A DNA stretch of 64,000 nucleotides from a bacterium (lineage in GTDB: Bacteria > Hinthialibacterota > Hinthialibacteria > OLB16), in assembly GCA_022072055.1 (NCBI GenBank), contig JAJVIK010000007.1, forward strand, positions 513,442 to 577,441, given 5' to 3'. This document shows, piece after piece, positions 39,659 through 49,202 of the stretch. The stretch's first letter is position 1; every line of letters begins with the position of its first letter. A program made the translations under genes and the position numbers. The notes under the pieces were generated by a model. That model did not search any database. It was not told the origin of the DNA and saw nothing but the letters and a program-made list of their open reading frames with translations.

Positions 39659-40485
39659 GCCTCGCCCGTTTGGTTCTCCTTGTGGTGGTCTGTTTCCTCC
39701 TGTCGGGAGGGGTGCATCTCCTTTCGAGACGTTTCGGGTGGACACGTCCCCGGCGTCTGGGAAGAAACAAATCCCTCGATCCTCCCACCTCCGAGGGGGG
39801 GGTGGCGTTCCTGCTCGCGTTCTTGGTTTGCCTCGCGGCCTCGGTTCCCTATCTGGAGAGTGACCTGCTGCTTTCCCCGGAGGAGATGCGCGCCCATCAC
39901 CTCGGCCTCGGGGCCGCTTTGGTTTGCCTCTTTGCGGTTGGCCGCTGGGGGGATGGCAAGTCTCACTCCCATTGGATCCATTTGTGCGCCCTATTGGTTG
40001 CGGGACTGATCCTGGCGCTCTCGGGGTTTGCGATCGAGACCCTGCGCGTGGGTTCCACGGTCCATGCGCTGGGGGTGCTGTCGGTTCCGGCCACCATTCT
40101 GTGGCTGATTGTGATCTCCGAGTTCTTCCGTCTTTTTGATGGACTCGATGGGCTGTTGGTGAGCTTGGTGTTGGGGGTGATCGCGCTTCAACTTGGATTT
40201 GTGCTTGAGGCGGAGGAGGGGTATGCGCGGGCGCTGTGTCTGGCCGCGGTCCCCGCGCTGCTCGGATTGCTCCCCTGGCGGATTTACCCGGCGAGGATTG
40301 AGCTCCGAGGTATCGGGGCGTTTCTCCCGGGGTTTGTGGTGGGGGCGATCTCGATGGCTGGGCGCGAGAAGGCCTTCACCACCAAGGCGGTGGTGGCCCC
40401 CACCATCGCCGCCATCGCGGTGTTCTCATTGTTCTGTCTGTGGCTGCTGGAGCAGCATTTGTTTTTGCCGAAGAGGAAGGGTTAG
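39655..40485 (+). CDS. MraY/WecA-like polyprenyl-phosphate sugar-phosphate transferase family membrane protein, apparently C-terminally short
   Basis: Multiple TM helices; FDGLDGL matches the NxxNxxDGxDGL motif; TTG start; ends where the repeat-disrupted region begins. Confidence 0.55.
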   Translation: MSLARLVLLVVVCFLLSGGVHLLSRRFGWTRPRRLGRNKSLDPPTSEGGVAFLLAFLVCLAASVPYLESDLLLSPEEMRAHHLGLGAALVCLFAVGRWGDGKSHSHWIHLCALLVAGLILALSGFAIETLRVGSTVHALGVLSVPATILWLIVISEFFRLFDGLDGLLVSLVLGVIALQLGFVLEAEEGYARALCLAAVPALLGLLPWRIYPARIELRGIGAFLPGFVVGAISMAGREKAFTTKAVVAPTIAAIAVFSLFCLWLLEQHLFLPKRKG

Positions 40486-40722
40486 AATTTCCGGCAAGAG
40501 GCCACGATCATACGGGAACTTGAGATTAGGAAAAACGAGATCGAGAAGCTGTGCACGAAGCATTCTGTCCGACGCCTGGAAGTATTTGGCTCCTCGGTGG
40601 AAGGCCGGTTTGACCCCGAGGCCAGTGACCTAGTAGTCTTGGATTCCCGCTTTCGCGGGAATGACGAATATCAGGGACTCCTTCAAGAGCTCGCGCGTCT
40701 TCTGCAGTCATCTTCGCCGTAG
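40486..40722 (+). pseudogene. Remnant of an MNT-type nucleotidyltransferase (HepT/MNT antitoxin family), no start codon, C-terminus replaced by repeats
   Basis: Open frame encoding IRKNEIEKLCTKHSVRRLEVFGSSVEGRFDPEASDLVVLD, then the repeat-encoded DSRFRGNDE; absent from the ORF track. Confidence 0.55.
40641..40669. repeat. Short palindromic element, family A copy 1 (GGATTCCCGCTTTCGCGGGAATGACGAAT)
   Basis: Perfect 7-bp-stem hairpin; identical 29-mer at 59506-59534. Confidence 0.6.
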
Positions 40723-40772
40723 AGCATCTCTCAACCCGAATGTAGCGTCGGAGGGACGCGCTCCGTCGCGTC
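40720..40772. repeat. Mosaic GC-rich palindromic repeat, copy B2 (TAGAGC module plus GGAGGGACGCG hairpin)
   Basis: Aligns with 17122-17175 and with the reverse complement of 53960-54020. Confidence 0.5.
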
Positions 40773-40849
40773 ATGTTGCCCCGGAAGACCCACCACGATT
40801 GGGCGTGGCCCTCCGAGGATTTGCAGGATATCATTAACCGCTCAAGTGA

Positions 40850-41818
40850 TCACACATAGTCTGGGGACCTCCGGAGGCCCCCCTTTTTGAACCTCAGCAG
40901 TAGCGACCTCCCGCCCAGCAGCATCCCTAGCCGTTGGGTCCAGCGCATGTCATAACGGTCCACGGTCCCCTGGTGGGCCACTCTGGAAGCGATCCAGACA
41001 AAGAGCGCGAGCGGCAATAGGAACCATTGCTTGCGACGCGGCATGAGCGAATCCATCTCAACCAGCTCCAGCCCGGCATAATCCCCCGCGAGCTTCCAGT
41101 GGGAGGCTGAGAACACTGAAAGATGAGGGGGACTCGCAAGCTTGTCCGCTCCACGGTCCTTGTTCGCCGGTGGCCGCGCGGCGGAGCCTTTGAGGAGATA
41201 CCCCACCCGGCGCTCGATGCTCGAGTAATTCGGGGTGCAGACCACCAGCTCCCCGCCCTTCTTCAGAACCCGCGCAAACTCCCGAAAAGCAAGCCAAGGG
41301 TTCTCCAGATGCTCCACCCCCTCGGCGGAAACAACCACATCAAAGCTCTCATCCGGGAGCGGGAAGGGCTGGTTCATGTCCACTCGGACCGCGGACGCGC
41401 CCCGGCCCTGATAGTGCTCAGGAAAGAGGTCGGCGGCGGTCACCTCAAAACCCTTTCCGCGAAGCTCATGGGTCAGCCACCCCGGGCCGCACGGGAGATC
41501 GAGGATGTGACCGCCGGGGGGAAAAGGAATCCGCGCAAGGAGTTCATCCAGGATCCCCGCCCGCGAGGACCGCTTGGGGGCATGCCCCGCCTCATTCAAT
41601 CGTTCCTCGAACCAACGAGACACCTGGGGCGGCGGTGCGAGCTCTCCCGCCTCAATCCGGCCCAAGTCCGAGTCCGAAATCCGAAGCATCCGAGCCAACA
41701 CCGGCCGCAGGGCATGCTCACCCGGTTGACGTTTCCGCATGAAGCGGAGTTGACGCCCGAATTCGGGTTGGGACAGGGCCCCGGAATCCTCTGTTTGGGG
41801 TGAATCGGTCGCGGTCAT
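40850..41818 (-). CDS. XRE-type HTH domain fused to class I SAM-dependent methyltransferase
   Basis: N-terminal HTH-like segment (LARMLRISDSDLGRIEAGE); SAM-binding motif ILDLPCGPGWLT. Confidence 0.7.
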   Translation of the reverse strand: MTATDSPQTEDSGALSQPEFGRQLRFMRKRQPGEHALRPVLARMLRISDSDLGRIEAGELAPPPQVSRWFEERLNEAGHAPKRSSRAGILDELLARIPFPPGGHILDLPCGPGWLTHELRGKGFEVTAADLFPEHYQGRGASAVRVDMNQPFPLPDESFDVVVSAEGVEHLENPWLAFREFARVLKKGGELVVCTPNYSSIERRVGYLLKGSAARPPANKDRGADKLASPPHLSVFSASHWKLAGDYAGLELVEMDSLMPRRKQWFLLPLALFVWIASRVAHQGTVDRYDMRWTQRLGMLLGGRSLLLRFKKGGLRRSPDYV

Positions 41819-41885
41819 CGACGAGGGGCTTTCGTTTTCCTATGCTCCCGGCAAGTCTCCCATTCTAAACCAGTTTCGGCGGATC

Positions 41886-43046
41886 ATGCACGGACTCAAG
41901 CCGGAAACACCCCTCAGGATCGCCTTGCTGATGGGGAACCGTCTCAACAAATGGCACACCCGCATCTACCTGGAGGCCAGAAACCACGGCGTGGACATCC
42001 GCGCCTTCACCTACCGCCCCTTTCGCTATCCCCTGGATGAAGTCGACCTTCCCCACGAGGTGGTCCCCACCGAGGCTGAGCTTCGTGGCCTGCCGCGAAG
42101 GATTCTCGAAGGGGTGGAAAACCGTCTTTTCGGCGCCGAGATCAGCGAACGCCCCAGCGGGTTGGTGGAGCGCCTCGAGGCTTTCGACCTGATCCACTCA
42201 TGGGAGCTGTTCACCTCGGACACCGAGGATGCCCTTGAAGCGCGCGCCCGGTGGGGGACCCCGGTGTTGGTGACTGTCTGGGACAACATCCCCTTTCACC
42301 GCGAGGAGGACCCAATCTTCGCCGCCCGCAAGGCGCGCGCTCGGGAGGAGGCGGCCGGCTTTCTGGTTTACACGCGCGAGAGCGCCAGGACCTTGATCGC
42401 CGAAGGGATCGAGGAAACGCGCATCCACCAGGTCTTCCCCGGCATCGACCTTGAGACTTTCAAACCGGCTCTTTCCACGCCGAACCCACCCTGCATCTTG
42501 GGAATCGGCCGGATGGTCGAGGAAAAAGGGTTCGAGGACCTCCTCCAAGCCGCCGCGCTGCTTGCCAGACAGCAGCCCCAGTTGGATTTCACCCTCCGCC
42601 TTGTGGGGGAGGGTCCGCTTGGTTCGAGACTGGATCAGCTGGCGAGAGCGGCGGGGCTCGGACAGCGCTACCGACGAATCCCCTCGGCCCCGCACCGCGA
42701 CCTTCCCGATATCCACCGCGCCGCCTCCATCCTGGCGCTCCCCTCGCGTCCCACCTCCGACTGGAAGGAGCAGTTCGGAATGGTCCTTTTGGAGGCGATG
42801 GCCTCGGGGGTCCCGGTGGTGGCATCACGCTCGGGGGGGATTCCTGAAATCGTGGGAGAGGCCGGTCTGCTCTTCGACCCCGGAGACTTTGTGGGATTGG
42901 CGGATTCCCTCGAACGCCTCCTGCTCTCACAAGCACGGTGGCAAAAATTTCGCCAAGCCGGATTGGAGCGCTGTCGGGCACGTTTTGATGTCCGAACAAA
43001 CGCGAAGGAACTAGTAACCATCTACAAAAAGTTCCGCTCGACCTGA
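41886..43046 (+). CDS. Glycosyltransferase family 4 (GT-B, RfaG-like)
   Basis: C-terminal GT1/GT4 signature (EQFGMVLLEAMASGVPVVASRSGGIPEIV). Confidence 0.8.
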   Translation: MHGLKPETPLRIALLMGNRLNKWHTRIYLEARNHGVDIRAFTYRPFRYPLDEVDLPHEVVPTEAELRGLPRRILEGVENRLFGAEISERPSGLVERLEAFDLIHSWELFTSDTEDALEARARWGTPVLVTVWDNIPFHREEDPIFAARKARAREEAAGFLVYTRESARTLIAEGIEETRIHQVFPGIDLETFKPALSTPNPPCILGIGRMVEEKGFEDLLQAAALLARQQPQLDFTLRLVGEGPLGSRLDQLARAAGLGQRYRRIPSAPHRDLPDIHRAASILALPSRPTSDWKEQFGMVLLEAMASGVPVVASRSGGIPEIVGEAGLLFDPGDFVGLADSLERLLLSQARWQKFRQAGLERCRARFDVRTNAKELVTIYKKFRST

Positions 43047-43082
43047 CCCCTCAATTGGGCTACTCTGTCCTTCAGGTTCACT

Positions 43083-46000
43083 ATGAGAATCCGCCCATTC
43101 TCGCTCTTGGCGTTTCCTCCGTTGCTTTTTTGCCTCCTTGTGCCTGGGGCGCGAGCCGCCACGTTCACGGTCACCAACACGAACAACAGTGGGGCGGGAT
43201 CCCTGCGTCAGGCGATCCTGGAGGCCAACAGCGTGCTGCCTCCAGAAGCGGTGTTTATTCATTTTAACATTATCGGAATGTTCGTGTTCCCGATTATCAA
43301 TCCCTCTTCTCCGCTTCCCAACATCCTTCGTCCGGTCACCATCGATGGAACCACTCAGCCGACTTCCAACAACCGCGTGGCCATCCAAGGCATTAACGCG
43401 GGGGCCAACGCGGATGGTCTCCATTTCGGTCCCAACTCCGATGGCAGCGTGGTCCGCGGTCTGGTTATCAACAGTTGGAGCGATGACGGCATCGAGCTTG
43501 AGCAGAGCGATGGCACGGTGGTGGCCAGGAATTGGATCGGAGTCGATTTCGCCTTGGGGATGGTCGATCTGGGTAACGGCGCGGCTGGAGTTCATGTCAA
43601 TAATTCGTCCCACACAAGTATTGGTGGACTCACCGCCGCGGACCGAAACGTGATTTCAGGAAACAACGGAAACGGTGTATGGATCATTAATGGCTCCACT
43701 GGGACTCATGTGATCGGAAACTACATCGGAATTGGCGCTGATGGAGCCACCGCCGTCCGCAACACGAACACGGGGGTCCTTATTGCGGCCTGCTCCGACA
43801 ATTATGTCGGTGGTCCGACAGTCGGGGAAAGAAACATCATTTCCGGCAACGGAAACGGAGTGACTGTGCTGGGGGCCAACGCCAGGAACAATGTGATCCA
43901 AGGAAACTGGATTGGAACCAGCGCGAATGGTTCTGCCGACTTGGGGAATGTGGTGGATGGCGTTCGGATCGAATCGGCGCAAAACACGCTGATCGGAGGG
44001 GATGCATCGTTTGAAGGCAACCCGCCGGGGAATGTCATTTCGGGAAACGACATGGCGGGAGTCCACATTCTGGGGGCAAGCCGCACCTTCATCCAGGGAA
44101 ACGCCATCGGGAAGGATGGCAGCGTGGTGGTCGCGATCCCCAACGGAGGGGATGGAGTTCTCGTTGAAGCCGAGACGCTGGGAGCATGGCCCCGACACAC
44201 GGTCATCGGCGGCAGGGGAGGACTCGGCAACGACATCTCACACAATCAGCTGAGCGGGATCGCGATCGAGGATGGAACCGGTGTGCTGATCCAAGGAAAC
44301 AGCCTCTCCGGGAACGGCCAATATGGCGTACGCCTTCGTAGCGACGACAATGTCGTGGGCGGCCCCAGCCCCGAGGACGGCAACGTGATCGCCTTCAACG
44401 GCCGAAGCGGAGTCTATGTAAACGCATCGAGTGGAAATTTGATCGGCGGGGCCACCGAGGAAAGCGGGACCTTCATCTTTGGGAATCAGGAACATGGCGT
44501 CCTGATCAGCGGTCTCACTGGAGAGAACAATCGGATCGAGGGGTGCAATATCGGACGCACCGTGGGGGGGGGCGCATCGGGAAACCTCCGAAACGGCGTC
44601 CGAATCAGCATGTCAAGCAACAACATCGTGGGGGGAACGGAGCCCCACAAGGCCAACGTCATTGTCGCCAACCAGGAGGGGGGCGTGGCGATTCTCAGTG
44701 AGCTCACCCACGGCAACCGAGTTCAAGGAAACGGGATCGGGGTCAGCCTCGAGATTGTAAACAAAGGGACCTACTCCAACTCTGTTGGGGTGTTGATCGA
44801 TGGCGCCAAGAACAACCTGATCGGCGGAACCGAGCCGGGCGCGAGGAATCTGATCTCAGGTAATGACGGGGATGGCATCCTTCTTCGCAACTCCGCCTCA
44901 AACAACCGCATTCAAGGCAACCTGATCGGCCTCGCGGGGGATGGAGTCTTCGGTGTCGGCAATGGCGCAGCGGGGATCGAAATCCTGAATTCCCCCAACA
45001 ACCTCATCGGCGGCACCATGCCCGGCGCGCGCAATGTGATCGCGGACAACAGCGACGGCATCTTTATCCTCGGAGGAGCCCTCTCCGCGAACAATGTCAT
45101 CCGGGGGAATTACATTGGGACCGATGTCTCCGGCGCGCTGGCTCGAGGGAATCATGTTAACGGGGTCTTCGCCCAAGCGGCGGAATTTGTGGTCGGCGGG
45201 ACCGAACCGGGCGCCGGAAATCTGATTTCCGCGAACAGGCTGCGAGGAGTGTTTCTCTCCAGCTTCGATTCCACTCACTGCCGGGTCCAAGGCAATCGGA
45301 TCGGAACCGACGCCTCCGGCATGGCCGCGCTGGGGAATGGAGGCGACGGGGCCCTCCTGGAGAGCACGATCCAGTGCGCCATCGGCGGAACCGCGCCGGG
45401 CGCGGGCAACCTCATCTCCGGGAATGGCGGGAATGGTGTCTGGCTGGTCACCGGAGCAAGCGGAAATGTTGTCGCGGGCAACTTCATCGGCACGAATATC
45501 ACTGGGGACACAAGTCTCGGGAACGGCCAGAGCGCGGTCCTTATCGAGGACGCCCAATTGAACCGGATCGGGGGAAACCAGCCCGGCGCCGCCAACATCC
45601 TCTCCGGCACCAACCAATATGGGGTCCACATCAATCATCCGCTGGCCAAGGAGAATCGCATCGAGGGCAACTTCATCGGGACCGACATCACGGGCTCATT
45701 GCCCCTCGGCAACAGGTTCGGCGGAGTGTTGATTGTGGACGCCTCGGACAACTATATCGGCGGGACAACACCCGGCGCGGGGAACTTGATCTCCGGAAAC
45801 GGAGGCTCCGGCATCCGCCTGTTCAAGACCATGAACACCCCCGGAAGAACCTTCATTCAGGGCAATCGGATCGGAACCGACGTCACCGGAGTGTTGCCGC
45901 TGGGGAACATGAGTCGAGGCGTCGACCTTTCCGCGACAGTCGGAGTGGAGATCGGAGGGATCACCGAGGGCGCGCGAAACCTGATCTCCGGGAACGGGTT

Positions 46001-47342
46001 CTCCGGAATTCTGTTCCACGATGAGGCGCGCGAAACCCTGGTCCAGGGGAATTTCATCGGGACCGACATCACCGGGCTTCTGCCGGTTCCGAATGGTCTT
46101 GATGGGGTCTTCATCGAAAACGCCCCAAGCAATCTGGTCGGAGGCGCCACTCCCGGCGCGGGAAACCTGATCTCCGGGAACGCCCGCTATGGCGTCTATC
46201 TCCTCGATAGCAAGGCGGTCGGGAACCGTGTCCAGGGGAATCGCATCGGCACGGATCTCACCGGTTCCTCGGATATCGGCAACGCCTCGGCGGGGATGTA
46301 CATCAAAGCCGCGACCGGCAATGCTCTAGGCGGAACCGGAGCGGGCGAGGGGAATCAAATCGCCTTTAACCTCGCCGGGGTGACCATCCTTTCCGGCTCG
46401 ATGAACCCCATCCTCTCCAACTCGATCTTCTCCAATGATGGCCTTGGAATCGATCTTGGCGAGGACGGAGTCACCGCCAACGACGAGATCGACTCCGACA
46501 CCGGCGCGAACGATTTCCAAAACTATCCGATCCTCACCGACGCTCGAATCGCCGAGGCCCAACCGGACAACATCCTGTCGATCACAGGAACCCTGCACAG
46601 CGCCACAGCCACGGAGTTCCTGCTTCAGTTCTTCGCAAGCGAGATCTGCGATGCTTCCGGTTTCGGTGAAGGAAGGGTCTTCATCGGTTCGGCCACTGTT
46701 GTGACCAACGCCTCCGGAGACGTCACATTCACATTCGATTTTCCCATCCAACTTACTGGAGCTCTCCAGCTCACCTCAACCGCCACGGACCCCATCGGCA
46801 ACAGCTCGGAGTTCTCCCAGTGCCTGGAGGTGGTCGGCATTCCGACCCCCACTCCGACCGCGAGCGCCACGCTCACCCCCACCTCGACCCCATCGCCGAG
46901 CGCCTCGCCCACGGAGACCGCGACAGACACGCCAAGCGCCTCTCCGACTCAATCGTCCTCTCCCTCGGCGACCTTCACCGGGCAACCGACCGTCACCGCG
47001 AGCGCAACCCCCTCGGCGACCGCCACGGGACAGCCAACATCCACGCCGACCGCGACCTCCTCATCCGCTCCGAGCGCAACTCCCACTCCCACAACCACGG
47101 GTAGCCTACCGGCGACGTCAACTCCCACTCCCACCACGACCGGCAGCCAAGCGGCCACCCCCACGGCCACTTCCACCTGCGCGCCGGACTACAACCTGGA
47201 TGGGCTGGGGGCGATCGACGCGCGGGACCTTCTGCAGCTCCTCGCCGCGATCCGCTCAGGCGACCCCCAAGCGGACTTCAATTGCGATGGCGCGGTGGAT
47301 GGGGATGATCTGCTCGAGTTCAGTGGGAGGTGGAAGGAATAG
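43083..47342 (+). CDS. Giant secreted right-handed parallel beta-helix repeat protein with Pro/Thr-rich linker and C-terminal dockerin-like domain
   Basis: Signal peptide; tens of PbH1-like repeats (NxIxGNxIGxxxxG); dockerin-like Ca-binding loops DYNLDGLGAIDARDL and DFNCDGAVDGDDL. Confidence 0.8.
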   Translation: MRIRPFSLLAFPPLLFCLLVPGARAATFTVTNTNNSGAGSLRQAILEANSVLPPEAVFIHFNIIGMFVFPIINPSSPLPNILRPVTIDGTTQPTSNNRVAIQGINAGANADGLHFGPNSDGSVVRGLVINSWSDDGIELEQSDGTVVARNWIGVDFALGMVDLGNGAAGVHVNNSSHTSIGGLTAADRNVISGNNGNGVWIINGSTGTHVIGNYIGIGADGATAVRNTNTGVLIAACSDNYVGGPTVGERNIISGNGNGVTVLGANARNNVIQGNWIGTSANGSADLGNVVDGVRIESAQNTLIGGDASFEGNPPGNVISGNDMAGVHILGASRTFIQGNAIGKDGSVVVAIPNGGDGVLVEAETLGAWPRHTVIGGRGGLGNDISHNQLSGIAIEDGTGVLIQGNSLSGNGQYGVRLRSDDNVVGGPSPEDGNVIAFNGRSGVYVNASSGNLIGGATEESGTFIFGNQEHGVLISGLTGENNRIEGCNIGRTVGGGASGNLRNGVRISMSSNNIVGGTEPHKANVIVANQEGGVAILSELTHGNRVQGNGIGVSLEIVNKGTYSNSVGVLIDGAKNNLIGGTEPGARNLISGNDGDGILLRNSASNNRIQGNLIGLAGDGVFGVGNGAAGIEILNSPNNLIGGTMPGARNVIADNSDGIFILGGALSANNVIRGNYIGTDVSGALARGNHVNGVFAQAAEFVVGGTEPGAGNLISANRLRGVFLSSFDSTHCRVQGNRIGTDASGMAALGNGGDGALLESTIQCAIGGTAPGAGNLISGNGGNGVWLVTGASGNVVAGNFIGTNITGDTSLGNGQSAVLIEDAQLNRIGGNQPGAANILSGTNQYGVHINHPLAKENRIEGNFIGTDITGSLPLGNRFGGVLIVDASDNYIGGTTPGAGNLISGNGGSGIRLFKTMNTPGRTFIQGNRIGTDVTGVLPLGNMSRGVDLSATVGVEIGGITEGARNLISGNGFSGILFHDEARETLVQGNFIGTDITGLLPVPNGLDGVFIENAPSNLVGGATPGAGNLISGNARYGVYLLDSKAVGNRVQGNRIGTDLTGSSDIGNASAGMYIKAATGNALGGTGAGEGNQIAFNLAGVTILSGSMNPILSNSIFSNDGLGIDLGEDGVTANDEIDSDTGANDFQNYPILTDARIAEAQPDNILSITGTLHSATATEFLLQFFASEICDASGFGEGRVFIGSATVVTNASGDVTFTFDFPIQLTGALQLTSTATDPIGNSSEFSQCLEVVGIPTPTPTASATLTPTSTPSPSASPTETATDTPSASPTQSSSPSATFTGQPTVTASATPSATATGQPTSTPTATSSSAPSATPTPTTTGSLPATSTPTPTTTGSQAATPTATSTCAPDYNLDGLGAIDARDLLQLLAAIRSGDPQADFNCDGAVDGDDLLEFSGRWKE
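46839..47177 (+). repeat. Low-complexity Pro/Thr/Ser-rich linker-coding repeat inside the beta-helix gene
   Basis: About 113 codons of T/P/S/A with a reiterated TPTPTTTGS unit. Confidence 0.6.
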
Positions 47343-47373
47343 GGGAGTCTCCAGACGGTGGATATCGAAAATC

Positions 47374-47628
47374 TCAATAGTGGTACCTGCAGGCAATAAT
47401 GGTCAGTGTTTCACCCTCCACTTCATAAACGAGGCGGTGTTCACGGTCGATTCGCCTTGACCAACAATTCCTCAGCTGCCAACGAAGAGGCTCAGGTTTT
47501 CCGATTCCCTGGAATGGGTTTCGCTGGGTGTCTTTGATGAGCTCATTGACTCGCTTGAGCATCGCTTTGTCGGTCCGTTGCCAGTGGAGATAATCCTCCC
47601 AAGCCGCCTCCGTGAAGAGGATTCTCAA
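47374..47628 (-). CDS. yoeB: YoeB toxin (Txe/YoeB family mRNA interferase)
   Basis: Near-consensus YoeB sequence (WEDYLHWQRTDK...WSRRIDREHRLVYEVEGETLTIIACRYHY). Confidence 0.9.
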   Translation of the reverse strand: MRILFTEAAWEDYLHWQRTDKAMLKRVNELIKDTQRNPFQGIGKPEPLRWQLRNCWSRRIDREHRLVYEVEGETLTIIACRYHY

Positions 47629-47631
47629 ACT

Positions 47632-47889
47632 CTACTCCTCCTCCGCAAGTTGCCGCTCCTCAGCCTTTCCCGAGCGAGCATCGGCCAACGACTTCATCAA
47701 CCTCTCCTCATTCCTTGGACACCGCAACAGGTACGCCGTCTCCTCCATTGACTCGTAATCCGAAAGAGAAAGGAGTACGGCTGGCGGATGGCCTGAACGC
47801 GAAATGATCACCGGCTCGCAGTCCGCCTCGATACGATCCAGGACGGTCGTGAGGTTCTTCTCGAACTCCGCAAGAGATACAGTTTCCAT
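47632..47889 (-). CDS. yefM: YefM antitoxin (Phd/YefM family)
   Basis: 85-aa ORF 3 nt upstream of yoeB with Phd/YefM-like N-terminus (PVIISRSGHPPAVLLSLSDYESMEET). Confidence 0.85.
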   Translation of the reverse strand: METVSLAEFEKNLTTVLDRIEADCEPVIISRSGHPPAVLLSLSDYESMEETAYLLRCPRNEERLMKSLADARSGKAEERQLAEEE

Positions 47890-48175
47890 TCCGCTCTCCC
47901 ATCGTCTTTCGCCATTCGGTTGTCAAACCAAATCGCGCATCCCCCTGGATACCGGCACCCTCCGGTATGACGGGTGAGGCGCATGACGAGAACAGGGTTT
48001 GTGGCGCATCCGACCACCGGGATGACCGCCTCATTTCCATCCTAAAGCCAGTCTGGCCGGATGCAAAGGCCCCGTGTGTGAGGGACTGGGTGATTGCTCT
48101 CGGGACTTAAGTTGACAGTCGTTCTCTCGCCCACCATTCTGATTACGTAAGGCGACATCCACCCCCTACAAAACC

Positions 48176-48628
48176 ATGCCCGCCCTCACCATCCGCCCTT
48201 ACCAAGACCCCGAAGAAGCCTCGGTGGTCGCGCTCTGGGGCGAGCTGCTTGACGATGGCTCCCCGCACAACGATCCCCTCACCTCCCTTCGCCGTAAACT
48301 GGCGCTGAGTCGGGAATTACTTTTCGTCGCGCTTCTGGATGACCTTGTGGTTGGAACCGCGATGGGCCGATACGATGGGCGCCGGGGATGGATCCATTCG
48401 GTCGCGGTCAAGCCGGAATTCCAGCGCCACGGGATCGGGACCGCCCTCATCCGGAGGGTCGAGGAGGATCTCAAGTCCTTGGGTTGCCCCAAAGTCAACC
48501 TTCAAATCCGCGCCTCGAACAGCGGAGTCGCGGGTTTTTACCAACGCCTTGGTTACACGGTGGAGGAACGGATCAGCATGGGAAAACGCCTCCATGACCG
48601 AGCAGTTCCCCCTCCCTCCACGCCTTGA
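48176..48628 (+). CDS. GNAT family N-acetyltransferase
   Basis: Acetyl-CoA binding motif region (RRGWIHSVAVKPEFQRHGIGTALI). Confidence 0.75.
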   Translation: MPALTIRPYQDPEEASVVALWGELLDDGSPHNDPLTSLRRKLALSRELLFVALLDDLVVGTAMGRYDGRRGWIHSVAVKPEFQRHGIGTALIRRVEEDLKSLGCPKVNLQIRASNSGVAGFYQRLGYTVEERISMGKRLHDRAVPPPSTP

Positions 48629-48691
48629 CCCCTGGGCGCGCCGCCGGTAGCCTCAAACCCACCAATCCCAAGCGCGGCGGAGGTGTTTTCC

Positions 48692-49171
48692 ATGAAAGGC
48701 CATCCCGAGGTCATCGAGGTCCTCAACGAGGCGCTCTGCGCCGAACTCACCGCCATCAACCAGTTCATGATCCACTCCAAAATGTGCCAGAACTGGGGCT
48801 ACCGGAGGCTCTTCAAGAAGTACTACCACGAGTCCATCGAGGAGATGAAACACGCCGAAACGGTGATCGACCGGATCCTCTTCCTCGAAGGCGTTCCCAA
48901 CATGCAGAAGTACCACAAGATCTGTGTCGGGGCCTCCCCCAAGGAACAGTTTGAAAACGACCTCCAGCTCGAGCTCGACGCCGTGGCGCTATACAACCGA
49001 GGGGTCCAGGTCGCCGCCAAGGTCGGCGACAACGGCAGCCGCGATCTGCTGGAAACCCTGCTCCGCGACGAGGAAGAGCATGTGGATTGGATCGAAACCC
49101 AACTTCACATGATCGAGGAGCTCGGCATCCAGCATTTCCTCGCCCAGCAGATGCACGCGGAGGCGGAATAG
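48692..49171 (+). CDS. bfr: Bacterioferritin
   Basis: MKGHPEVIEVLNEAL start, ferroxidase-centre Glu/His pattern, about 159 aa; GGAGG RBS upstream. Confidence 0.9.
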   Translation: MKGHPEVIEVLNEALCAELTAINQFMIHSKMCQNWGYRRLFKKYYHESIEEMKHAETVIDRILFLEGVPNMQKYHKICVGASPKEQFENDLQLELDAVALYNRGVQVAAKVGDNGSRDLLETLLRDEEEHVDWIETQLHMIEELGIQHFLAQQMHAEAE

Positions 49172-49202
49172 GCGTGAGAGCAAGCGCACCCGTGGAGCCT
49201 CC

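Noticed and set aside
43083-46838. Nucleotide-level repetition inside the beta-helix gene as a possible tandem-repeat or CRISPR-like array
   Set aside because: The periodicity reflects diverged protein repeats without conserved direct repeats and spacers; no CRISPR-like structure exists anywhere in the window.
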